Positions 52,701 to 62,694 of a DNA stretch of 64,000 nt are shown here, piece by piece. The stretch comes from Tubiluchus corallicola (Eukaryota; Animalia; Priapulida), in the NCBI GenBank assembly GCA_030141605.1, contig JAQGDQ010000167.1:149877-213876 (forward strand), given 5' to 3'. The position numbers were made by a program, and so were the translations under genes. Below the pieces are notes generated by a model that had not been told where the DNA came from, did no database searches, and saw only the letters and a list, made by a program, of their open reading frames with translations. Position 1 is the first letter of the stretch; the number at the start of each line of letters is the position of its first letter.

Positions 52701-54070
52701 TAAATACATACTTGATAATGCTAGGTGGAAACCCCTCCTACGTAATCTGGCTGTCACACCTCCTCTCTGATTTTGTTTCTGTTGTTGTTGAGCAACTGAG
52801 TGGATACCCCTCTGGTCATAAATTTCTTTATCAGATTTAATTACTTGTTTGGCACGTATGTCTTGTCACCACATATTTCTCTGATGCGAAACAGATCCTC
52901 TTTATCATCAGTGGAATTAGTTGATGACTGAATAATAATTAATGATGACAAAGTGAAGAAAATAAGAGCACCTAAAACCAAGTTGCCATACGCAGGCACC
53001 ATCTTGTCTCCCCCTAAAAGAAAGGACAATTGAAGCTGTGGAATGTGAAATGAATATTTTTTTAAATTATGGCTTATGATATAATAATATTTTGACAAGG
53101 CACATTAAATAGAGTAAATGTTTATAAACTAGTTTTGTGCTGCCCGTTAATTCTTACAGAATAAATTGACTTCTTGTGAAGTGTTTATTAATCTAGATCA
53201 GGGGTGTGCAAATTATGTGACTAGCCGGGCCACAGGCAGCTTGATCAAGGAGCCAAGTACAGAAAGGCCTAATAACGATTTTTTTGCGTCCGACCTGCAT
53301 ACATCATTACTACTACACTCAAGAAACTATTTTAGAAGTTATTAAAATTTATAATACAAACCATATATTTCTACTTTCAGGACAGATTGTGGTAATTTCA
53401 TTACAATGCATATTAGTAATGTGTATCACACAGTCTGTGTAGTACAGTGTTATTAAGCTACAACCGTCTTGTACGGGTTAACGGCATCCGATCTAGTAGA
53501 AAAAACTACCTGCACTATCTTTGGGATCGTGGCACGAACTTCATCTGGATACACTCAATTAATTGCCCGGGCTGCACTTTCATTAGGTTGACAAATCTCT
53601 TCGCGGACCGCACAAATTCTCTCGGCGGGCCGCAATTTGCACACCCCTGATCTAGATTAGTAGGGATCACAGTTCTCTTTGAAAATGTTTAAAATAGTGC
53701 ATCAGATAAAATAATCCTACGAAATTTATAAACTCAACAATTGATTGATCCACTTATCTTGTATTTTATTAATTGTTTATTAATTAAACTTCTGATTGTC
53801 CTATAGTTTATTTGCACTATCTTATCTTTCATGCCTGATTATTGTGCTAAGCAGCAGCATACTGAACTGTGTGGGTTAACCAACTAATTTCCGTGGTTTC
53901 AGCAAAAAACGTTAACATATTCGTGATTTTGTTTGTTCTGTCATTTGAAGAGCTTCACCGTTTGGCACTGATGTTTGTTCCCCCCATGCGGTGATGTTCG
54001 TGCCACATTTGTTTGCCGTGATCTGATGGAATAGTGAGTGAACGTTATTAAACCGCTCGTTTGATTGACC

Positions 54071-54110
<40 letters not shown>

Positions 54111-57100
54111 GGGGCTCGAATTATCATTCGCGTTTGCTGTTTAATTTGCCACGACTGAATGATTTTATTAGTAATTGATACTATGCAATTAATCTGAGCA
54201 AATAAATGCAGTGTGTGCCTTGTACTGTTATGCATTACGTTTTGAAAATGATGGTGATAATGATGATGCAATGATAATGATAACGACGATTATGATGACA
54301 ACAGCAATGACTATTATGACGATGATTATGACAGTGACGATAATGTTGGTAACGACTGTAGTAGATGACAACAACGATGACAGTGATGATGACAAATATA
54401 CCAGTACCAATGGTGGTAGAGATGATTAAGTTGTGAATACTTACAAGTACAACTTTGAATGAATTCACATGCAAATCTGTAAGCGTGACCATGTTTACAC
54501 CTGATGTCCAGTGGCCTTGATCCGTTCACAGCAGTCAATGTTCACCACACCACTTTCAAAGCCACTATCCAGGTATCTTCGTGCAAGCTCCGTGTGTCTA
54601 GCCCTTTGCACTTATGAGTTAACATGAATTAAAAGGTAGTAAACTAAATGCCTAACATAATGAGAAATCAGCATATGGATCTTCTAGATCCGCGAGTTAG
54701 CGCGCGCGCATATAAAAACTTTTTTTGCATTGACAAGTGCTTATCTTACAAGTTCAAAAGGTTGTGATCTTACATAATTATAAATATTTCGCGTTTTTTG
54801 TTAAAACTTTTCCTGTGGTTTCTAACAGATGCCGATCGAGCACGGAAGCACGGCATGGATGAGTTCATCCAGGCGGATCCATGTAGGTTTAACCACAATG
54901 AATTGTTCACTTCCATGCAGAAGCTGACGCTAGACTATCGTCTCAACGATCCATTCTGTAGCCTGGTGAGTGTGCAATAACATTTTAGAATTGAGATTTT
55001 CTAGGCATAAATGTTTTTTTTGCTCCAACGTCGTTAACACAGTTTAGATTTGTACAGGATCGTCAGACAAAAAATATTTCCCCGAATTAACTTTTAACCC
55101 ATCATCCTGAGAGAGGTATTTGTAAAAGAGACCCACATTACTGTGTGACCCAGGTTCTCCTCTTTCCAAAGAATCTATAGATTTCCCTCCAAGTGCCATT
55201 AGGAGATTTTTTCTGCAAGGCCTTCCCGTAGTGAGCAAAAAAATGGCCATTTTTGGAACTTCTTCTCACGGTATTCCTAGAGAAACACAGGATAAAAGAG
55301 ACATCCTAGTGACAGTTGATAGTCACTAAAGAAAAATTTATGGCTTTTTGGAAAGAGGGGAAACCAGACTACACGATAATGTGAGTCTCTTTTGCAAATG
55401 CTTTTACCCGGATGAAAAACTACAAGTTGGTTTAGGAAACTTTTTTCTGGACGACCCTGTAGCATTTTTTGCAGCATATGATTTCAGCACGTAATGTTTC
55501 AGTTGCTAATAATGACTGGGACTACAAATATTATATTTTGTGTATAGGGCTGGTTCAGTCCCGGACAGCTTTTCGTAATGGACGAGTACTGTGCACGCTA
55601 TGGCGTGCGCGGGTGTTACCGACACTTACAATATCTTGCTGAGCTGTTGAATAAAGCGGAGTCTGGTACCATGATCGATCCTACTCTTATTCACTATAGT
55701 TTTGCCTTTTGTGCCTCGCATGTTCATGGTAACAGGTGAGAAAAATTTTTATTTTCTTGGGATCCCAGCTGTGTAGTGTTCTAATGCTATTCCAGCAAAA
55801 ACTAACCCATCAGACAAGGACAAATTAATGTCGTTTCATCTTTTAGCAGGAATTTCTCCTTAAAAATGTCTTGTCTGGATAGTTGAAATTTTCTACATTG
55901 GCTGTTTTCATACAAGTGATACTGCGTACATTGTTTTACAGTGCAAACCCTGCAGTTACTAAAAGCTTTTTTCGATTTTAATTGGAAAAAATGATTTTAA
56001 TTTGTCTAAGGTAAGCTAATGGATTTCGTATATAATTTTGCATGAAAATCTATTCTGTGAGAAGTAGAAACCTACAAAAATCATCAAATATAGTGTAATT
56101 GCTGCTTGGTGAGAGCAGTTTTTCTGAACCCATGTAAAATGTAGCAAATTCTTACGGTCCTGAAGGAGTTAAATAGTTTGTTAACTTTACTATTTCTTTT
56201 CATTCAACCTTTTGTAATGTTTGGTGACCAGTTGTTGTGACACCGAACTTGTCAGTAACTGAAGTAGGACAGTTTGAACAGTTACCACTAAGTAACAGTG
56301 GCCGGTCTTCATCCGACTGTGTTTACAGGGGCACATTGGAAAACTAGTAAGATTGTTACCTGCTAAGGTAACTGAATCTGCCCGTTGATTGTTATGAAAT
56401 TGTACAATTTCATCATAATATAACAGAATGGTTGTATGTCCCTAGCAGAGCACAGGAATAGCTGCAGCTTCTATTTATGAAAGCTTTGCACACAAAGAGA
56501 ACAGGTGGCTGCTTGCTCCGGCGGGTGACAAGAAAATCCTGTTATTGGCAAATGCCTCGAAAACCTCGAAACTAGTGGGATTTGATCCCAGAGTCTGCAT
56601 GAAATGCTAAGTGATAAAACTACTTTTAAAGGATAAACTGAGAAGGATCTTTTCCTGAAAAACTACACACACTAAGCAGTGACTACGTTATATTTGATAA
56701 TTATTGTAAGTTTTTAGTCCTCACACAATAGATTTTCCTGCAGAATTATTTGTGAAATGCATTTGCTTATCTTACACAAGTTAAAAATCTATTTTTGACG
56801 AAAAAATTGAAAAAAGCTTTCAAGAACTGCAGTGTTAGCCCAATATAGCAATGTACAGTATCACTTGTGTGAAATTGACTAGTCCAGAAAATTTCAACTA
56901 TCCAGACACAAAACTCTGATACACTCTGGCCTCAAGTCTACTCTATTTTTAAGAAAAAAATTCCTGTTAAAAGACGAAACGATCTCAATTTCTCCTTAGC
57001 TGATCGATTGGCTTTTCCTGCTACTTTGTACAGCCGGTTTTCTTGGGCTGTAGCAGGCAGGTGATCAATAAATTAGTGTGAACGATCACGCAAGTGTACA

Positions 57101-60100
57101 CCAGACTAAGATTCTCAATAGGCTAAGTTGGAGTGTCTTAAAGGACACATTTTTCTTAATTTTATTCAATTACATCACTTATAAATGTCTAAAGAACAGT
57201 ATGATTGGATAGCCGAGATTCTCTTGAATAGAACAGTGCCTAATTTATAATCATTTAGTTATGACTGTGCTCATACAGTAGCAGAAGAGTTATAGATCTC
57301 ATAAGACCTATTTTGAATGGTGCGATCCTGAAGGAGTTGATTATGCTATCTGTTTACAACTCTGCACATTGAACGATAAACGTTTTAATTATTACAGGCC
57401 TGACGGAATTGGCACCGTACTCAGTACGGAACGGGAGCAGTTCGAAGAAGTAAAAGAACGACTTCGCGTTCTCTTAGAAAATCAAATTACTCACTTCAGG
57501 TACTTAACATACGGGGGATGATTAATTCTCCACAGATGCTGCAGCGGCTGGTGATACTGAAGAAATAATATTTGATGGGTTCAAGTGCTGCACTCTTTAT
57601 CAGAGTAGTAAGATTGTTTTGAATCATTCCACTTACATCTGAGAAACTGTATTTAAAATAGCACGTAAGTAACAAAAGATAAAAGTGACAAACACTTTGT
57701 TGGAGCTCTCTATATTGATGGATCTAAAATGCAACTGTGTATTTTATCGTAAATTCTGATATCAATTTTTTTTAGGTATTGCTTTCCGTTCGGACGTCCG
57801 GAAGGAGCGCTGAAAGCGACATTATCTCTTCTTGAACGGGTGAGTACACTCACATTTATTCTACATTGATTACAGGGGACAGCTGATTTGGCCAAAAGGC
57901 TATTTACATAGGCTTTTTGTACTTTGTAAGCTGCAATCCAGCATTTAATGGCAGTTTCGGGGCCTAATTACTATAGGTGATCGTAATGCCATCTGAATTT
58001 ATATCATTATGAAGAATGATCCTCTAACTGTCTAACATGATCGTGTGTTACTTGTGCCATTGGTGTTCCTCTAGCAATCATCCAGTGTGTCTACAGCTTC
58101 CCTCAATCAACAGGTTTATGGCATTTAAACACTACAGGGCTCAGTAAATAAGTTTCTTACTTCAAAAAATCGCTTTCGCTGTTATTGCTGATGACTGTTG
58201 AAATATCACCATTGTTAAAATTGTAATGCTTCTGATTTTAAAAGTGTTTTTGTACATGTTTGTGTTCTTGACTGGCTTGTTTAGCATGTTTTTGTTTGCA
58301 CAGGTGTTAATGAAGGATATTGTCACACCTGTCCCGCCTGAGGAGGTACGTGCGGTCATCAAGAAATGCTTAGAGAACGCGGCACTCGTCAACTACACGC
58401 GCATCTCATCGTATGCCAAAATTGAAGGTAAATAAATAGTAACCACTAACTAGGCACTAAGTAGCACCATCTTAGTCTTAGAAGCTTTTCTAAAACGCCG
58501 TTATGTACTTTGGGTATAGTCCTTAGGAAGCCAGGTATCTTTAGGGAGGTGATATCAACCAGTACTAGAAGGTATCAGAAAGCTCTGAAACCATTCCGCT
58601 ATTCTTTAGTGTAATGCACCTACTACCATAGTTTAATTTCAGCAAAATTTACACAATTTAATTTTGTTGATATTTTTTACATGTCTTACCATGTTTCTGA
58701 AGAAAAATTTATGATTGAATGTTGCAAATAATATTGTCGCAACGAGATTTGTCTCATGTTTCGTGCATTGTTGCATTAGCTGCTATGCCACTGAAGTCAA
58801 TTGTGTATAAACATATCTCACAATGTATAATTTCACCTTGAAAGATGAAACTGTGCGTCAATAGCTGGTACCCATTATGCATGATAATTGTCACTGCAGG
58901 TTTAGTTGACTGTTTCTGTTTGTTCAGTTCAGCTATTCAGTCAGCGATAAAGATAAACAAAATACAACATGCTGTATTTGAGTACGAGCATCTGCTGTTC
59001 TGTCTATTTAACATGATGCTGAGGATAAATAACGAAAGCGGTTTTAGTTGCCACCTATTTAACACTGATGTCTCAGCTGCCCTGTAATGTGTTTACAATA
59101 TAACACTGCATTATGATACCTTAGCATTTAGTTCAGAGATGGAGTGAACTGGAATCATGGCAGAAAATGTAAAACCTGATTTTCTGCTTCACACTCACAT
59201 AGTAAGATCTGTAACTATAATACCTGAATATATAGTTTACAAATAAAGTAAACTAACATCATATTGGAAAATGTAAAACATAATGTTCTGTTACACACTC
59301 ACAGGGTAAGATCTGTATCTATAATACCTGAATATATAGTTTAGAAATAAAGTAAACTAACATCATATTGGAAAATGTAAAACATAATGTTCTGTTACAC
59401 ACTCACAGGGTAAGATCTGTATCTATAATACCTGAGAATATAGTTTAGAAATGAAGTAAACTAACATCATATTGGAAAATGTAAAACATAATGTTCTGTT
59501 ACACACTCACATGGTAAGATCTGTATCTATAATACCTGAATATATACTTTAGAAATGAAGTAAACTAACATCATATTGGAAAATGTAAAACATAATGTTC
59601 TGTTACACTCTCACATAGCAAGATCTGTATCTACAAATCTACTAAATTAGAAAACTAGAATCATGGTGGAAAATGTTAAACATAATGTTGCACTACACAC
59701 TTACATTGTATGATATGTATTCGTTTTCCCCAAGTCTTTAGTTAAGAGATGAAGTAAAGCAGCATCGTGACGGAAAATGTAAAACATAATGTTGCACTAC
59801 ACATTCACATTGTATGAAGTTGTGGGATGTTATTTATTGAGTGCGTTTGGTTGTTGTACTTTCAGCTTTGTTCTTGCATAACAACACTAACAGTTTATCT
59901 CATTCAAATCAGGTTTTAGCTAATTGTGTTGTTTGATGGTTTGCTTAAGTTGTAAAGAACTTTAGCACACTTTAGCACACTGCATTAATCTTAGAGAGGT
60001 GAGGGGGCTTACAGGCTGCCCTGTATCTAGTTGTTAGCATACTAACCTTACCCATATGCTTGTGCTGCTACCTGGTTTAGGATGTAAACGATCTGGACCT

Positions 60101-62694
60101 CCACTTTCTGCTCCCGCTGCTGTACCTCCGCGAGGTGATTTGTCTATCCGTCTATTTTTCATTCGGCATGACCGCATGGATTTGCATTGCACTTTGCTGC
60201 ATGGTTTCAATACCATATGCAGATTTTATGCATCTTGTTTCCGGCTTCAGTATTAGTGTTTTGGCGACATTTGTAAATGGCACTGCACGATTTTAGATAA
60301 ATGCTTAGCTAATAAATATTATTAACTGTGACACTACTTACTCGGTATCTGTTTCAATATTGCATGAACAAGTGGTTTTGAAAGAAGACGTAGAAAAAAG
60401 GCAATTTTGATAAATTCGGTGCCTTGTAAGACATTCAAATTCAAGAGGAACGTCATGCTTCGATAAAGCTCTATTTCTACCACGTACAGACCATACCAGA
60501 CAGTTCATTTCTAAAGAAATTTGTTCAGTGTAAATAAAAAAGTATTTATGTAGTTTTCTATTTGATTTTGTGTCCAATTACTGACATCTGATACTAAAAA
60601 CTTGTTTCTGAATCTGATGATCTAGTATCGTGCAATTTGATACACTTCTCTACATCGCATATTAAAGTGTGAAGGTGTAGAGTTACGTGCTACACTTGAA
60701 ACATCGCCGTTGATTTTCTACTGAATTTTCTGTAGTATGAAGTTATTATTCCTTGCCTCTGTAGTTAATGCATGATGCTTTGTAGTGTGGCAGTGTAACA
60801 TGCAATGCTATACTGAAGATTTGCATTATTACCTCTGAATGACGCTTTTGAGTCCTTAGACGAGAAATAGTTTTTTTTAATATTTTTTTACATCTGAGAA
60901 CTTGGTAGTAAGGAGAATACTGTGTCAATTTACATAGCAGACTAGTATTATAACCATTTGTTTGCAGGTAATAGTTTATTCTTTGAGGATTGCGCAACAC
61001 TATTTTACCTGTCTAACACGTTGATTGCATGCAGTTTTTGCCAATTTTGATCAAGCATTGTGCACTTATCCAACTAGTCAATTCTAAATTAAGTATCTTA
61101 GCCAGTTTAGCTTTAAATTTTTTATACGTGCTTTCATTATACTTATGTTTTGCCTCTAATGTATACTTCCTGTCCAGTTTCTGGTGTTTGTGGGTCTATG
61201 TTACTGTGTTAAAAAATTTCAAAAAGTTTCTCTTGTATTTGTATTCTTGCTGCTTTTTAGAAGAGAGAACAGGATCTCTAAAACGAAAAGGTGACTGATT
61301 AGTTTTACAACTTTGTCAGTTTGTCCATAATTTTGATTAAAATGAGTGTGTGGAGTTGTTAGGCTGTGTGTTCATATCAGCAATAGGCTTGTGTAACTTT
61401 TGGCTATATCTTGAAACGTTATACTTGCATGCATGTCATTTGTTATTCCTTTCTTGCTGATCACAAACAGTTCTGTGAAAAAGGACAAAAAAGTTTGCGC
61501 TAACATTTTTTTGTTAAAATTATGAGTCTCAATGAATTAAACTTGATTTTTATGCTATGTACTGCATCAAATTTTAACTCTCAGTCATTAATTGCTTGTT
61601 ACCAGTTGTTTTCTGCTCTAATTATGCAGCAAATCACAATTCTTACCATTTAATAAACGTTAAATGATTCTAAAAGTTTATTTGCTTACTAAATGGTAGG
61701 CTTTATAGAATTCTGTAAGCATTGTTTAAAGTTTAGCACTAAAAATGGTCTTGACCTTTTTTGACCTTTCATTTGAAAATTCACTTTAGATTTTATTTGA
61801 TAAGGGTGGCCACAAAAAAATTGTTTCAGTCTTACCTCATGAGCTCAAAAGATGTCAGTAGGGAGGGAGAAAAAAATCTTTTTAAAAGTTTTTTGAATGT
61901 TTAAAGCGGAATATTTAAAATCATTTGAAATCAAAGTTGTTTATTTCCCACTGGTTAGCAGTAATGTTTTAATTTTTTTCAATGTACGTTTTCACGTTTT
62001 GTTTTTTAGTTTTGCATTACTAAATTATCGTATAATTATCAATAATTGTGATCTCAGTTTTGTATCATGAACGTGTATGTTCTGGTAATTATGGTATGAG
62101 TGGCAACACTACCAGGCCGTTAATACACCGATTTGGCGGAAAATTCGATACTTTTTAGCTTGCAATACAATGAGCATCATACAAAACGGCAACCCTGGCC
62201 GAGAGTTAGCCGTGGAAAAAACATGGCCACGTTCTGCGTTCTGCGTTCCCCGAAAGAAGGATACTATAATAATTATTGCATTTAAGGTTTTAATTTAAGA
62301 AAATATGCTTTTATATGACTGTGTCAAGTAAGTATATGATTATTACAAAAATTATGGAATTCTGTGCTGGGTGCAAGATAAAAAAATGTTACCCGGGCAA
62401 TTAGACGGAAACAGGAGTATTTTTATTGCCAGTCTACCTTCTTTTGTCATTTTTTTGTAATTGAAACTCTGAATATCATGCAACCAATTGTTCTGTGAAT
62501 AAAATGTCTTAAATGTGTTGAAACATGATAAAAACTGTCCTCTAATGAGAACCATAATGAATGACATGATTGTGTTGCTGCTTATAGAAAGTCATGAGAT
62601 GACCGAGTCGCCAAAGAAACGACTAGAAGATCTGATGCACCTAGCTGAATTGTGTATAGATTTACTACAGCAGAATGAAGAACATCACGCTGAG
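28988..62694 (+). CDS. CADPS: Calcium-dependent secretion activator CAPS/UNC-31; spliced, 3' part beyond window end
   Basis: 15 phase-compatible exons: 28988-29776, 41582-41662, 42372-42550, 43031-43139, 44901-45022, 48958-49069, 49488-49627, 51562-51737, 52158-52370, 54829-54965, 55548-55735, 57398-57499, 57776-57839, 58304-58427, 62588-62694. Hallmarks: [10 protein letters not shown]; [18 protein letters not shown]; C2 domain (WDTQGDF); PH domain ([28 protein letters not shown]); GWFSPGQ; [21 protein letters not shown]; QQNEEHHAE. Confidence 0.97.
31777..32618. mobile_element. hAT-like element containing a Tc1/mariner 3' remnant
   Basis: TIRs CAGTGTTTCC / GGGAACCGCTG, TSD atttaaat/atttagat; internal ..[13 protein letters not shown] (mariner-like C-terminus) and right end ggacatcctg|ta near 32272. 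Confidence 0.62.
32142..32244. repeat. (TACA)n + (TA)n microsatellite
   Basis: seen directly. Confidence 0.95.
33262..33841. mobile_element. MITE family A, fold-back copy (two inverted right halves)
   Basis: about 33262-33520 is the reverse complement of about 33590-33841. Confidence 0.78.
34364..34814 (-). mobile_element. Two tandem tRNA-derived SINEs (34364-34580, 34609-34814)
   Basis: homologous units; minus-strand heads with A-box-like TAGCTCAGTGG and degenerate B box. Confidence 0.65.
35289..36346. mobile_element. TIR element CAGGGGCGGATTAAA...TTTAATCCGCCCTTG with nested SINE
   Basis: inverted termini; no clean TSD. Confidence 0.55.
35359..35640 (+). mobile_element. tRNA-derived SINE with (TTA)n tail
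   Basis: B-box GAGTTCGAT, core ggtcataccaaa..atggtacctgc, AATAAA + (TTA)n. Confidence 0.6.
37098..37458. mobile_element. Tc1/mariner-like long-TIR MITE family D, copy 1
   Basis: ggtcgtccaaaaaa...ttttctctgggcgccc; homologous to 55055-55459. Confidence 0.6.
37985..38297. repeat. GC-rich minisatellite, ~36-bp unit, ~9 degenerate copies
   Basis: recurring caggggcacctccaggct..gttga. Confidence 0.85.
38590..38705. repeat. (GAT)n-type microsatellite
   Basis: seen directly. Confidence 0.85.
38833..39201. repeat. Minisatellite, 46-bp unit x8
   Basis: unit atactctgatgtattctgtatcacaaccatcacaagtatggtcgtg with 46-bp period. Confidence 0.92.
41582..41662 (+). CDS. CADPS: CAPS exon 2 ([27 protein letters not shown]), GC donor
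   Basis: tttcag acceptor; aag|gcaagg donor. Confidence 0.92.
41690..41970. repeat. Interspersed repeat with ggtcaaaggtca / aaacttgg motifs
   Basis: two degenerate subunits of a motif common in marine invertebrate repeats; class uncertain. Confidence 0.4.
42372..42550 (+). CDS. CADPS: CAPS exon 3 ([18 protein letters not shown])
   Basis: tttcag acceptor, gtatag donor. Confidence 0.93.
43031..43139 (+). CDS. CADPS: CAPS exon 4 (..[13 protein letters not shown]), GC donor
   Basis: ttctag acceptor; gag|gcacgt donor. Confidence 0.9.
43475..44160. mobile_element. Tc1/mariner-like MITE
   Basis: TA|cagagggttgcaaaag...cttttggaacaccctg|TA. Confidence 0.68.
43567..44014. mobile_element. piggyBac-like non-autonomous element nested in the MITE above
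   Basis: TTAA|CCCTTTCAC...GTGAAAGGG|TTAA. Confidence 0.7.
44497..44844. mobile_element. Tc1/mariner-like MITE
   Basis: TA|cctggtgtttcaaaa...tttcaaacaccctg|TA. Confidence 0.6.
44901..45022 (+). CDS. CADPS: CAPS exon 5 (C2 domain)
   Basis: [33 protein letters not shown]. Confidence 0.94.
46408..46482. repeat. (GTT)n microsatellite
   Basis: seen directly. Confidence 0.9.
46728..46784. repeat. (TA)n microsatellite
   Basis: seen directly. Confidence 0.95.
48958..49069 (+). CDS. CADPS: CAPS exon 6 (C2 domain)
   Basis: [20 protein letters not shown]; gtaaga donor. Confidence 0.94.
49488..49627 (+). CDS. CADPS: CAPS exon 7
   Basis: ..[22 protein letters not shown]; gtaagc donor. Confidence 0.94.
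51562..51737 (+). CDS. CADPS: CAPS exon 8 (PH domain)
   Basis: [22 protein letters not shown]. Confidence 0.95.
52158..52370 (+). CDS. CADPS: CAPS exon 9 (PH domain end)
   Basis: [30 protein letters not shown]. Confidence 0.95.
53199..53649. mobile_element. hAT (Charlie-like) non-autonomous element
   Basis: TIR CAGGGGTGTGCAAATT/AATTTGCACACCCCTG and perfect 8-bp TSD ATCTAGAT. Confidence 0.9.
54073..54425. repeat. (CTG)n tract and degenerate (GAT/GAC)n tract
   Basis: seen directly. Confidence 0.85.
54829..54965 (+). CDS. CADPS: CAPS exon 10
   Basis: [23 protein letters not shown]; gtgagt donor. Confidence 0.95.
55055..55459. mobile_element. Tc1/mariner-like long-TIR MITE family D, copy 2
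   Basis: TA|caggatcgtc...ggacgaccctg|TA. Confidence 0.72.
55548..55735 (+). CDS. CADPS: CAPS exon 11
   Basis: [32 protein letters not shown]. Confidence 0.95.
57398..57499 (+). CDS. CADPS: CAPS exon 12
   Basis: [17 protein letters not shown]. Confidence 0.94.
57776..57839 (+). CDS. CADPS: CAPS exon 13
   Basis: [21 protein letters not shown]; gtgagt donor. Confidence 0.95.
58304..58427 (+). CDS. CADPS: CAPS exon 14
   Basis: [20 protein letters not shown]; phase-1 donor. Confidence 0.95.
59140..59816. repeat. Tandem repeat, 104-bp unit, ~6-7 copies
   Basis: gaaaatgtaaaac at 59163, 59267, 59371, 59475, 59579, then degenerate copies. Confidence 0.92.
60081..60134 (+). CDS. Candidate CAPS cassette exon, 54 nt ([18 protein letters not shown])
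   Basis: TACTAAC branch motif 60040-60046, gtttag acceptor, gag|gtgatt donor, phase 1-1, no stop, GC-rich island. Confidence 0.6.
61261..61290 (+). CDS. Candidate CAPS microexon, 30 nt ([10 protein letters not shown])
   Basis: pyrimidine tract with tgctgc before tag, purine-rich body, aag|gtgact donor, phase 1-1. Confidence 0.62.
62588..62694 (+). CDS. CADPS: CAPS exon 15 (..[28 protein letters not shown])
   Basis: tatag acceptor, gtgtgt donor. Confidence 0.93.

Noticed and set aside
53912-54538. His/Ile/Thr-rich ORFs and possible alternative exons after the PH domain
   Set aside because: ORFs derive from (CTG)n and (GAT)n repeats; candidate exons near 53903-53989 have weak signals and intron-like composition.
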